Assembly: GCA_964368945.1 (NCBI GenBank) | Contig: CAYJDM010000006.1 | Location: forward strand, 22,546-86,545 | From: an uncultured Candidatus Saccharibacteria bacterium | Lineage (GTDB): Bacteria; Patescibacteriota; Minisyncoccia; Phycocordibacterales; CAIZLB01 | Length of the DNA: 64,000 nucleotides | Direction of reading: 5' to 3' | Part shown: positions 8,000 to 18,700 of the stretch, piece after piece | How the letters are laid out: the number at the start of each line of letters is the position of its first letter | Numbering within the stretch: position 1 is the stretch's first letter | Program-made: the position numbers and the translations under genes | The notes under the pieces: generated by a model | Told to the model about the DNA's origin: nothing | Databases searched by the model: none | Seen by the model: only the letters and a program-made list of their open reading frames with translations

Positions 8000-10261
8000 C
8001 TACCAGCCAAACAGCGCTTTGATCGCCTTGAAAATGCTTGCTCCTCCTCCTGATGCCGCATTGCTTATGGAGAATGCCGCATCCGAATAATCAACCTTGG
8101 TTCCGGTACTAGTCGTTACTCCTATATAGATCTTGTAAATCTCGCCGCTATCATATGTGCCTGAGGGGATCGTCCATTGAATGCTGCCATTCGTTATCGG
8201 AATGCGCGTGCCTATATTCGTATAATGCCTTCCATTCTTGAAGACGGCGACCGTTGCTACATGGTCCGAAGTGAGTCCTGATGTGCTCCATGTCACGGTC
8301 AGCGTATCGCCAACCTTGTATGCTCCGCCATTATTCTGAGAGAGGATCGTGATATATCCGCCATTGGTATTTACTGGAGTTGAAGCTGCTGGAGCCTGGA
8401 TCTGTGCGGGCGCCTGAGCCGGAACAGCAACCGGCGTTGGCGTCGGCGTTGGTATTGGCGCAGGAGCAGGCGTCGGAGTCGGAGCCACCGCTGCGGCAGG
8501 AGTCGGCGGAACTACTGCCTGAGCAGCCGGCTTGGCAGCCTGGGCATTCGCGACATCGCTGATTCCAGCCACATTCTTTATCATGAAGCTGTCCCTGAAC
8601 GATTGACTTGCGGGCGGATTGCCATTATCGGTCATGGTCACCGTATATTCATACGTATCAGCATCCAATGCGCCAGGAATCGCTCTGCCATAGTATCTCA
8701 CCGGTTCTTTGAAATATACCGCGCCCGTCGCAGCATCGACCGCTAGCAGATTCGCTCGATCAGATACAGATACCGTAACCTTGTCGCCATCCGGATCTGT
8801 AGGGCTGAATTTGATAAATGGATTGGATGGGCTCGTGACGATTCCTGCGGGCAATACGGAATATCCGCTATCATCCGGCGTCCAATTCGGGCTATTCGGA
8901 TCGAGATACTGCTTGTAATAGCCGCTGGCTTTGCCGAACAGAGGCGCATGATTGAGAGAATATGAATTGAAGCAGCCCAGATCGAATTGCTTGAGCTGAT
9001 ATGTTCCGCCAAGCTCGGTCATGGCGGCATTTATTTCATTTGCAAATTTTCCAAGCAAATAGCCTGAATTCGACTCGGTATGCAAGCCCAGAAGGACAAG
9101 CTGATCCGTAATGACAGCAAGATTAGGTTGCCCAGAATCCCCGTTGACCATTTTCTCGCTCAAATTATTATTCTGATGCATGTCATGCAAAAACAATGTC
9201 GCCGACGGATCGGTGATCAGGACGCCCTGGCTCGTTACGGATTTCAACCCTCCGAACGAATGCAGCAGCGGCCGATCGTTTTTATCCAATGAAATTATGT
9301 CAAAAGGCTGATTGCCCTGATCGGTTCGATATATCTTGCTGAAAGCGGCGCTTGGCATGATCGGATAATACGCGATATCAGCAGGAAGATCGCTGTCCAA
9401 TATGCCCACCGTAATGTCATGCCCTATCGTCTTTACCGCGGTCAATGTCCTGATATACGATGCATTGTCTGGCGAAACAAAGGCCATTTTGGCACCCACC
9501 TGTACGGGATAATGCGAAGCGACGACGATATGCCTCGGCGAGATCAGCGTTCCCGCTTGTCGGTACGGGTATCCATTGCTCGGATGGCTATTGAATGGGG
9601 ATACGCCGCTGAAATCCAATGCGGCTCTCCCCTTCGCAGTCCAAACATCAGGATTTCTTTTCCACGAACCATCGAGCGTCGTGGCCATAACCGACCAGAG
9701 ATTCGATGCGGCGGCGGTCGAATTCGATGCGGCGACGCGGCTTGCCGTCTGTGCCTTCATATGCGTTGCCAGATCTTTCGAGTCCAATTCCGCGCACGAT
9801 ATCGGAGCACTGAGTATGCGCTTCGCTCTCGCTTCGGCATGCCCATTATCCGCATTGGCGAGTCGCGCATTGTCGTTCTGCGGAGCTGCAGGCGCATCGG
9901 GCTTATTGCCGGCATCCACTTTCTTTCCGACGATCCCTGCCGCATTCTGACCTACCAGCCTTTGTATGAGCGCAACGGTCTTTGGCCCGACAGAGCCGAA
10001 ACCATTCGTGGAAGCCGAGCCCGAGCATATCGCCAGGTATTTGCACTGAAGCGATTTGATGGCAGTCTCAGTCGCCTTGCCATAATATTCAGTCTCGCTT
10101 CCTTCGGCTATTACGGGCTGGCCCGCGAGACGCAATGATTTCTGAAGCTCTTTTACGTTCGGATTCTTATCCCCCAATCTCAAAGGCTTTGCATCGGCGG
10201 CAAATACCGTTAGCGGAATTATCAAGGTGATCAGCACGGTCAGGAGCAAGCTTTTTTTCAT
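8000..10261 (-). CDS. secreted multidomain protein: N-terminal peptidoglycan-binding domain, trypsin-like peptidase-like region, Pro/Thr linker, Ser/Thr-rich beta-sandwich C-terminus
   Basis: Signal peptide MKKSLLLTVLITLIIPLTVFAADA. PG_binding_1-like segment LGDKNPNVKELQKSLRLAG...YGKATETAIKSLQ. ISPRHIVVASHY and MVNGDSGQPNL resemble the His (TAAHC) and Ser (GDSGGP) motifs of S1 peptidases. PTPAAAVAPTPTPAPAPIPTPTPTP linker. C-terminal VGDTLTVTWSTSG...GSIQWTIPSG is Kre9/KNH-like. Confidence 0.55.
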   Translation of the reverse strand: MKKSLLLTVLITLIIPLTVFAADAKPLRLGDKNPNVKELQKSLRLAGQPVIAEGSETEYYGKATETAIKSLQCKYLAICSGSASTNGFGSVGPKTVALIQRLVGQNAAGIVGKKVDAGNKPDAPAAPQNDNARLANADNGHAEARAKRILSAPISCAELDSKDLATHMKAQTASRVAASNSTAAASNLWSVMATTLDGSWKRNPDVWTAKGRAALDFSGVSPFNSHPSNGYPYRQAGTLISPRHIVVASHYPVQVGAKMAFVSPDNASYIRTLTAVKTIGHDITVGILDSDLPADIAYYPIMPSAAFSKIYRTDQGNQPFDIISLDKNDRPLLHSFGGLKSVTSQGVLITDPSATLFLHDMHQNNNLSEKMVNGDSGQPNLAVITDQLVLLGLHTESNSGYLLGKFANEINAAMTELGGTYQLKQFDLGCFNSYSLNHAPLFGKASGYYKQYLDPNSPNWTPDDSGYSVLPAGIVTSPSNPFIKFSPTDPDGDKVTVSVSDRANLLAVDAATGAVYFKEPVRYYGRAIPGALDADTYEYTVTMTDNGNPPASQSFRDSFMIKNVAGISDVANAQAAKPAAQAVVPPTPAAAVAPTPTPAPAPIPTPTPTPVAVPAQAPAQIQAPAASTPVNTNGGYITILSQNNGGAYKVGDTLTVTWSTSGLTSDHVATVAVFKNGRHYTNIGTRIPITNGSIQWTIPSGTYDSGEIYKIYIGVTTSTGTKVDYSDAAFSISNAASGGGASIFKAIKALFGW

Positions 10262-10349
10262 ATATGATATTTATTGTGTATGTCGAATAATCATATCACA
10301 AACGATATGCTTCGCTTTTCCGAGGATCCTCTTGCACCCCCACTCATCT

Positions 10350-11186
10350 CTACCCGCCCCTCTTATCCTGCGCATGGCTTTCCGCCTCGGCCTTTGTCAC
10401 GCCAACGAAATTGGATGATCCGTCTGCGCCCTGGACGAGCTTATAGTATGTAGTCGTCGTAGCGGATTTTCCTTTTTCATCATATCTGACGATATCCCTG
10501 AAGTAATATCCCGTATCGTCCGGATTGCCCACGCCGTCCTGTTGCTCGACTTCGGCCAAATACCATCCCTGGCTGCCAAATCTGAAAGTATTGACGACAT
10601 AGATATCGCCCACGCCTCGGCCCTTGTAGAAGCTGTAGATTTCGCGCTTGTCCTTATCGAATTTCGCCAGTGACAATTCAGTGTAATCAGTGGAATCCGG
10701 ATTCCCAACGGTTCCATGCGGCCTCGCATCGATTTCGTACAATCTGAAGGCATGCGTCTGGGGGTTTTGAACATAAAATCTCGTACCGACATTGTATGCG
10801 CCAGCCATATACGAAAGCATCAAATCATCATATCCGTCGAAATTCACATCCATGGCCTGAATCCATGGATTATAGAATTCGCCTTCCTGCCAAAACAGCG
10901 GCGCTTTCACGATGCTTCCATCCGCGAATGTTATGACAGCGCCTTTGACCGTCTTATCGATCAGCGCTTTGAACTGCTTTGATTCGCCATAATCGCCGGT
11001 ATGATCCGCATCCACCGGCGCCATATCTTCCGTGCTGGATGCATTTGATTGGCCGGCATTATCCTTCACGACCTGCTCGATATCGACAGTCTGCGCATTT
11101 CGCTTGATATAGCTCGATATTGATGCCCATCCAATGAGCACGATTGCGAGTATGAGGATGAGCCATGAGATATGGTGTTTTTTCAT
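10350..11186 (-). CDS. membrane-anchored hypothetical protein (possible FG-GAP-like repeats)
   Basis: N-terminal TM/signal anchor HISWLILILAIVLIGWASI. Repeats DVNFDGYDDLMLSY, GNPDSTDY, GVGNPDDTGYY. Confidence 0.45.
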   Translation of the reverse strand: MKKHHISWLILILAIVLIGWASISSYIKRNAQTVDIEQVVKDNAGQSNASSTEDMAPVDADHTGDYGESKQFKALIDKTVKGAVITFADGSIVKAPLFWQEGEFYNPWIQAMDVNFDGYDDLMLSYMAGAYNVGTRFYVQNPQTHAFRLYEIDARPHGTVGNPDSTDYTELSLAKFDKDKREIYSFYKGRGVGDIYVVNTFRFGSQGWYLAEVEQQDGVGNPDDTGYYFRDIVRYDEKGKSATTTTYYKLVQGADGSSNFVGVTKAEAESHAQDKRGG

Positions 11187-11190
11187 ATAT

Positions 11191-11400
11191 TTATATTAAA
11201 GCATCTATGCTTATCAATATGAACAGACCAGGGACAGCGATCTGTGAATTCACATCGCAGAATTTGCTTGTCTTTGTATAATCATCGGGCGCATTGAATG
11301 GCGGCTGTGTCGTATATGTATGGCAGTATTTCGACTCTATGCCAGCAGCAATTAGCGATATGCCGATGAGTATAGCGGCTATGAGTAGGATTTTTTTCAT
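11191..11400 (-). CDS. small secreted/membrane hypothetical protein (69 aa)
   Basis: Signal-peptide-like MKKILLIAAILIGISLIAAG. Tightly spaced between neighbouring minus-strand genes. Confidence 0.35.
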   Translation of the reverse strand: MKKILLIAAILIGISLIAAGIESKYCHTYTTQPPFNAPDDYTKTSKFCDVNSQIAVPGLFILISIDALI

Positions 11401-11409
11401 ATCATGCTC

Positions 11410-11607
11410 TTATTTTAATAATTCCAATGCCTGATCAAAATCTGTTTTAAGAACCATAAGATCTGCGCCATATCTATCATCGGGGATACCGCTTGAGTGA
11501 ACGCCATTAGTCTGGACCCGACTTTTTATTCCATATGCCTGTAACATATTTTTTGCCATTTCAGCTTCTATCGTTGTCGCAAAGCTTTTTATCTTGATCT
11601 CTTCCAT
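11410..11607 (-). CDS. small DUF2007-like (putative signal-transducing) protein, 65 aa
   Basis: MEEIKIKSFATTIEAEMAKNMLQAYGIK...DDRYGADLMVLKTDFDQALELLK resembles DUF2007 family members from memory. Lies 6 nt downstream of gap. Confidence 0.4.
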   Translation of the reverse strand: MEEIKIKSFATTIEAEMAKNMLQAYGIKSRVQTNGVHSSGIPDDRYGADLMVLKTDFDQALELLK

Positions 11608-11612
11608 TTTTA

Positions 11613-12644
11613 TTAAATTAATTTACCGGCCTCCACAACATGTCGCACAAGCGAATGAGTGTATCCGCCCTCATTGTCATACCATGCAAGAACCTTTACC
11701 AATGTGCCATCTACGACTCGCGTCATCTTGAGGTCCGCAATCGATGCATGAGGATTGCCGATGATGTCTCGAGATACGAGCTCTTCATCAGTCGCCTCGA
11801 AGATCCCCTTCCATCGAGGCTCAGAGGCAGCGGCTCGGAGGAGCGCATTCACTTCTTCTACAGTCGTAGGCTTTGATGTGATAAAAGTCACATCGCACAA
11901 AGATCCGGTAATGACAGGAACTCGGACAGAGATGCCATCGAACTTGCCTTTGAGATCAGGGATGACTTTCGTAACCGCAATCGCAGCACCAGTAGATGAT
12001 GGCGCCATATTCATAGCAGCCGCTCGGCCTTCTCGCCAATCCTTCTTGTTCGGAGCATCCACGAGTGCCTGGCTTGCAGTATATGCATGCGTCGTATTGA
12101 GGATGGCCTTCTCGATTCCGATCTTTTCATGAAGGATTGAGATTACAGGGCTTGCGGCATTCGTCGTGCAAGATGCATTCGATGTGATGGCGCATGTCGC
12201 GAGAGCGGGCTGATTGATTCCCATCAATACCGTCGCATTCGCAATCGCTCCGGTTGGATCATCTTTGGTTGGAGCAGATACGACCACTCTCTTCGCGCCG
12301 GCTGTAATATGCGCATTGGCTTTGTCAGCCTGAGTAAAAAATCCGGTAGACTCGAGAACGATATCGACGCCGAGATCCTTCCATGGAAGAAGGGCTGGAT
12401 CTTTTTCGCTCAAATATTTCACAGTCTGACCATTGATGCTGAGCGTATTGCCTGCCTTGTCAGCTTTCACATCGAGATCGCTTCGGCCATATGCGCTATC
12501 GTATTTCATCAAGTATGCGATATTCTCGATATCCGCAAGGTCATTGATGGCAACGACTTCGAGCGTCGGCTCCATTACTGCTAGTTTGAGAAAAGCACGT
12601 CCGATTCGTCCTGCCCCATTGATTGCTACTCGTTTTTTTGTCAT
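11613..12644 (-). CDS. gap: glyceraldehyde-3-phosphate dehydrogenase, type I
   Basis: N-terminal Rossmann motif VAINGAGRIGRAFLK. Active-site SNASCTTNAASP. Confidence 0.9.
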   Translation of the reverse strand: MTKKRVAINGAGRIGRAFLKLAVMEPTLEVVAINDLADIENIAYLMKYDSAYGRSDLDVKADKAGNTLSINGQTVKYLSEKDPALLPWKDLGVDIVLESTGFFTQADKANAHITAGAKRVVVSAPTKDDPTGAIANATVLMGINQPALATCAITSNASCTTNAASPVISILHEKIGIEKAILNTTHAYTASQALVDAPNKKDWREGRAAAMNMAPSSTGAAIAVTKVIPDLKGKFDGISVRVPVITGSLCDVTFITSKPTTVEEVNALLRAAASEPRWKGIFEATDEELVSRDIIGNPHASIADLKMTRVVDGTLVKVLAWYDNEGGYTHSLVRHVVEAGKLI

Positions 12645-12672
12645 TTCTGTATATGTTGATTATTGAAATTAT

Positions 12673-12690
12673 ATGCAGAAATTATAGCAC
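12673..12690 (-). promoter_or_regulatory. extended -10 promoter (TGCTATAAT) for gap
   Basis: Minus strand reads GAAAGTGCTATAATTTCTGCA about 30 nt upstream of the gap ATG. The plus-strand complement ATTATAGCA is at about 12681-12689. No clear -35 element. Confidence 0.5.
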
Positions 12691-12703
12691 TTTCGGCTTA
12701 TTT

Positions 12704-15700
12704 CTATAAACCGAGCAAAGCCCTTGTTTTTGGCCCTACGAGGCCCCACCCCGTTGATACGGGATTTCCATAGCAAATGATTACCTTGTCGCATTGGAAT
12801 TTCTTTACGGCAGTCTCAGTAGTTGGGCCGAATACATCCGTCTCTGCCGCCGCATTTGCGGGAACGTCAGGAGCAGATCCATATGGGGCAAAATATCCCA
12901 GCGCCCGCAATGCTGTTCGGAGGGTTTTTACCAAAGATCCTTTGGAGCCGAGCATGAGCGAAGGCTTCTTCGGAGCCGCGGGAGCAGGATCGTTTGCCGG
13001 CGCAGCGGCATCGCTGCCATTCGCGGCATTCACGCTCGCTCTAGTTGCGGGACCGAATCTTCCTGCTGGCGGCTGGATGCCCTTCGATGCCTGGTATTTT
13101 GCTACCGCGGCCTTCGTCGCGGCTCCGAACGATGTCGTTTCTTTTCCCGGCGAGCCTGCGCCGCTCTGCGCGACCCTGAAGCCGTTGGCATTGAGGAAGA
13201 TTTGCAGCTGGCGCACGTCTTCTCCAGTCGAGCCGACAGAAAGATCCCGGAGGAATCTGTATGCATTGCCGATGCCTGATCCGTTTACGCCTGCGGGATT
13301 CGCTCCTGCCCAAGCCGTGCATCTCTGTCCCGTCGCATTGCTGAAGATCTGGCCCACGAGGCAGACGACCGGCGCGCCAGGATTTGCTGCAGTCGATGTC
13401 GCGGTCGATGATCCGTTTCCATAAATGATCGTGATGTTGCCGCCGGATGAATATCCTCCGCCTCCGCCGGACGATCCTCCTCCCGATCCGCCAGAACCTC
13501 CGCCATTTCCAGGATCCGGTGGCGTCACCACTATGACGCCCAATTCCGGATATCCATCAGCCACCTTGAGCCAAGTCGTATTGAAGTTCCATGAATCCAG
13601 TGGGGCATTCGTATTGTTGTTCTTGAAATAGTCGGAATTGTCTTCTATGCCTGTGCAGCCTGCTGGATCAGGATCCAGGTCGCTAGTACATAATCGATTG
13701 CTCGCAAGGGTTTTGTCATAGAATGAATTAGTGAAGGTCGAAACGTCTGCCGCATACCCTGTCATGGCCCCGACATACAGATCATCGCTTGAAGATGTCG
13801 CTATCGATACCGCCGCAAAAGAGTTATTGATATTTGTTCTAGCGGATCCCACAAGGCCTGCAACACCCTGGACCACATTGGGATTAGCGACGCTTGCGAC
13901 GATGTCGCCAGCGGCATAACTTTTTGAAATTGTTGCGCCTGCCCCATCGGTACCGATGATGCCTCCGATATAATTCACATAAGACTGGGTGGAGGTAGCA
14001 TGGATTGCCCCTGTCCAATAGCTATCCGAAATCGAGAGAGGCGCTGTAACGCTACCAATAATTCCACCAACTGTATCGATATACCCGCTGTCAGCAGAAA
14101 GCATAAGGCCGACTTCAGTTGAGGTCTTGCTGATCGTCCCGCCGGTATGCTGACCAATAAGTCCCCCTATGTCTTGCAGCTCGTTGGTGCTAGTCGCATT
14201 TATGCGCCCAGACACATGCATATTCTCGAGAGACCCCTGTCCGTCAGCAGTGTAGCTATATCCGAATAAGCCGCCGACACTAGTCATTCCGCTTACCGAG
14301 ACAAGCTGCATGTCTGTTAGAACTATAATATTTTCTATTGCCTGACTCTGATTTTTACCAGCGAATCCGCCGATATAGCTACCGCCGCCGAAATCGATAG
14401 CTAATGTGCTGGATGCATAGATATCGTGAGCACTTTCTTCAAATCCAAATAATCCCGCGAAGCCTCCGATTTGGGTAACGCTGGTATCGCTTTGCAGACT
14501 CACATTGACCGTTGAGGTCGCATTCGCCATTGAGGGTCCATGCAGCTCTCCGGCAAAGCCTCCAATACCCTGAGGACCTCCGACGCTTACGATTTCAACA
14601 GACCCTGATGCAGAAATAACACTGAAGTCGGCAATGGCATATCCAAAGAGACCGCCAACTGCGTATGCGGAATTAGAAGCATTTATATGCATATCAACAT
14701 CGGCGATTGCATTGCTCATAGAAGCCCCGGCAAATTGCCCGAACAGGCTTCCGGTATAGCTGACACCCTGTCCCGTGATGTCGATACTGCCGGTCGAAGA
14801 AACTGTATGCGCGATCGCATCGTCGCTGATGAAATATCCAGCCAATCCTCCAACATATGACAGATCACTATCAGACTGCAGATTCATATCCATGGTCGAG
14901 CTAACATTTACGAAAGATAACCCCGTGAAATACCCTATGACACCTCCAAAATATGAGCCGGCGGACGAAGATGCATTGATATTTCCAGACGACGAGCTTG
15001 AAGCGATGAGGCTTTCGCCATTGTCGTTGTCGATCTGGCCGACAAGTCCGCCAGCCCCATATGCAGATCCAGAATTTGCAGCAGCTGATATCGTTCCAGA
15101 ATAGTGGCTATTGGTCAATGTCACTTTTGCCCCAGTGCCGACCCCAAGCAAGCCGCCGGCATGACCCTGATTCGACTGCACAGTTCCCACACTCGATACA
15201 TCGTCCATGACAAGATCTGACGAATTCGAATACCCGACAACTGATCCCACATATTCATTGCCAGAAACAGATCCGCTGATATTGAAATTGCGGAATACGC
15301 CGCCAGATACATATCCGAACAGACCTACGAAGTCCTCATCTGGTCTATCTATGTTCAAGCCCGAAATCGTATATCCGTTTCCGTCGAACGAGCCGGTAAA
15401 CGGATTGCCGACGGTACCCACAGGAATAAACCCTTTGCCATCATTATCAGGATCGAAGCCGGTACAATCTATATCGTTCGCCAATACAAATGAGGCATAT
15501 AAGTCTTGAGACATGGCCTGCAATTCCGTACATGTCGTGATTGACACAAGTGACTTCGCGGTAAATGACTGAATGGCTCCGTACGCTGTTCCGACCGGAT
15601 TCTTGCTATATGCCTGGAAATAATATGTGGTTCCTGTTACCAGTCCCGTTATTTCCTCTGAGAAATTCCCAGTTCCAGTAAATGCACCAAGCGTAGTTGT

Positions 15701-18700
15701 TGAAACGCCCGTCGAGAGATCGCTCACAGTGCCATATATGAAGCCATGCTCAGTGGCATCCGCGCCCATAATATCGTCTATGCTGCCATTTAGGGTCGCA
15801 CTTGAATTAGTTACAAGCGAGGCACTTCCCGTAGTTACAGACTGAACATTATTCGTCAAAAATGATAGCCTCTGCCCGTATTCTATGCCTGTGCCATTGT
15901 TGGCATATGCGCGGAAATAATATGTCGTACCTGGAGCCAATCCGGAAATATTCGCAGAATAATCTCCGACTCCGACAAATGTGCCAAGTGTAGTCGTGGA
16001 AACGTCGCTAGAGAAATCGTTCGCCGTGCTGTATGCAAATCCATGCTGAAATGCATCAATGCCACTTATGTCATATATCGAGCCGTGCAAAGTTGCGGTC
16101 GTGCCCAAAACAGAAGTTGCCGGATGCGTAAGCGGCGCAATGATAGGAGCATAGATCTTTATGCGATTATTCGAGGTATCGGCGATGTACAGAAAACCGC
16201 GAGGATCTCGGAAAATACCCCCAGGGAAGCTGAATTGGTCGGCGCCTGATCCCTGAGAACCGAAACTCTTTATAAATATTCCGTCAGGTGAGAATTGCTG
16301 AACGCGATGGTTGTATGTATCGGCTATATATGCGATGCCGGTTGAAGTAGAGACGGTCACATCTTGCGGTCCTAGAAATCCGGGACCCCCGCTTACGAAG
16401 AACTGGAATACTCCAGCTGAATTGAACTTCGATACGCGATGATTGAGGAAGGTGTCTGTTATATAAATATTGTCTTCGGCATCAATTGCGACTCCATAAG
16501 CGCCTCCGTATTGACCATTGCCGCTTCCTGAGCTGCCGATATTCGTGATAAATGATCCATTTGAATCAAATTTCATGACTTTGGTAGGACCAAGGTCCGC
16601 TACATAAATATTGCCCATGCTGTCCAAGGCGATTCCCTCGACCTGATTAAATATGCTTGCATTCCCGAATTGCGAAAGATACGCTCCATTGGCATCAAAC
16701 TTCTGAACCCTCTTATTGCCAAAGTCAGTCACATATAGATTTCCGGAATGATCGATCGCTATATAGCGAGGAGAATTGAATTCGCCATCGCCAGAGCCCG
16801 ATGTGCCGAATTGCGATAGGTAATTTCCTGCGGCATCAAATTTCTGAATGCGATTATTGCCGGTATCCACTACGAAAATATTTCCATTGGAATCCGTGAC
16901 CACGCCTCTCGGACCGCTGAACTGCCCATCACCGGAACCAGACGTTCCGAATGAAGTATTGCCATCATTATCAGCGATCGTTATGGTGACCGATGAAACC
17001 GCCGCCTCATTGAAATCCGGATCTGAAGATGCGGCAGTTCCTGTGACAGTAACTGTCTTGATATTATTGTAAATACTGTCATCAATTGCAGAAACCGTTA
17101 CCGTCTGGGGCTGGTCCCAATCGCCTGATGTGAATGTGAGCATTTGCGGAGAGATTGATGCACCAGACCCCGCAATCGGAGTTGATGTAGCAAGCGTGAT
17201 CACGACATCGCTAGAAGGCTGCTGCTCCAGTACTATGTCGAATGAGTCATCGGATCCCCCTTCAGTAAGCGATATATCGGTCGGTGTGACGCTGACAGGA
17301 GAATTTCCAAATACCGGATAGTCGTTCGTCACGGCCTTCCATACATCAACGAAATCCCATGAGCTCATTGGCTCATTTATATTATTGCCCTTGAAATATT
17401 CTGAGTTGCCCGTAATGGCGGTACAACCGGATGGATCTGATTGATCGCTGCCGCTGCAATAATCTTGGCCGCTTAGTGTTTTGTCATAAAAGTTATTCGT
17501 AAGAACGGTGCCATTATCTCCTATAAAGGCACCGACATTCGTAGCAGGATCAACAGAATTCATAGAGAATGCAACAGCCGCAAATGAATCCGCGATATGG
17601 TCTCCAGACATTGAACCTGCCAAACCGCCGACGCTCTCGATTACAGAGCTTGAATCGAGAGCGATATTTCCGACAGTATAGCTTCGATTGATTGAAGAAG
17701 CTCCTCCTATTCCGATAATGCCACCGATATCCGAAACATAGGAGAGCTCAGAAGTCAGATCCATATCGCCCGTCCAATATGCATCAGAAATAGCGACATC
17801 GTAGTTACTGTCAAAGCCGATAAGTCCGCCAATGCGATCTATGTGTCCGTCTGAAACAATGTGAATGTCAACCGAAGAATTGCTTCGCTCAAAAGTCGCC
17901 CCGACATAATATCCAAAGATGCCAGCCACATCCTCGACTCCAATATCAGGATCACCCGAAGTTGATTCGATATCGATGCTTCCAGACGAGGAGACATTTT
18001 CCGCAGATGCACTTGGTTCAGTCCAGTATCCAACCAATCCGCCAATATGATTGGAATTCGAATCAGACACGATGCTTATGATTGCAGATGAGCTGCTATT
18101 GTTTATTGACGCACCAGCGTATTCACCTACGAGTCCTCCGATATCGCTTCCAGATCCTGTAAAATTGAAATTCATATTGCCCGATACTGAGCTTGATTCT
18201 ATATAACTGCCAGACGCATTAACACCTCCTATCAAACCTCCGAAACACGATGCGCCCGTCTGAGTTACCACTTCAATATTTCCTGAATAATGACCATTAG
18301 TAACCGTGATAATGGACACGCCTGTTCCTACCAACCCTCCGACACAGTCGGCAGAACCAGTAATCGCAACGGAGCTGTTCACATTTTCGATTACGAGATC
18401 CCCTCCATTTTGATTTGAATATCCGACGAGAGATCCGATCACGCCAGATCCGCTTATCGATCCGGCAATAGTCACATTGCTGAATGATCCTCCCGTCACA
18501 ACTCCGAACAGACCCACGTTTTCTTCCTCAGGCCGATTTATTGTCAGGTTCGAGATGGTGTGGCCGTTTCCATCGAATGACCCTCTAAACTCATCGCTTA
18601 GATTTCCGACAGGAATGAATCCCTTGCCATTATTCTCAGGATCGAATCCCGTACAATCGATATCGTTCGAAAGCGTATAATCTTGCGTTAGATCATAGGC

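Noticed and set aside
9419-10138. 239 aa plus-strand ORF
   Set aside because: Antisense to the secreted peptidoglycan-binding/peptidase-like gene. Its Arg-rich product is a frame artefact.
12777-13424. Plus-strand ORFs of 215 and 161 aa (12777-13424, 12794-13279) and many shorter ORFs on both strands inside 12704-22142
   Set aside because: They are antisense or out of frame within the giant adhesin gene. Their products are low-complexity (Ala/Gly/Pro-rich) and mirror the repetitive coding strand, so they are artefacts of its composition.
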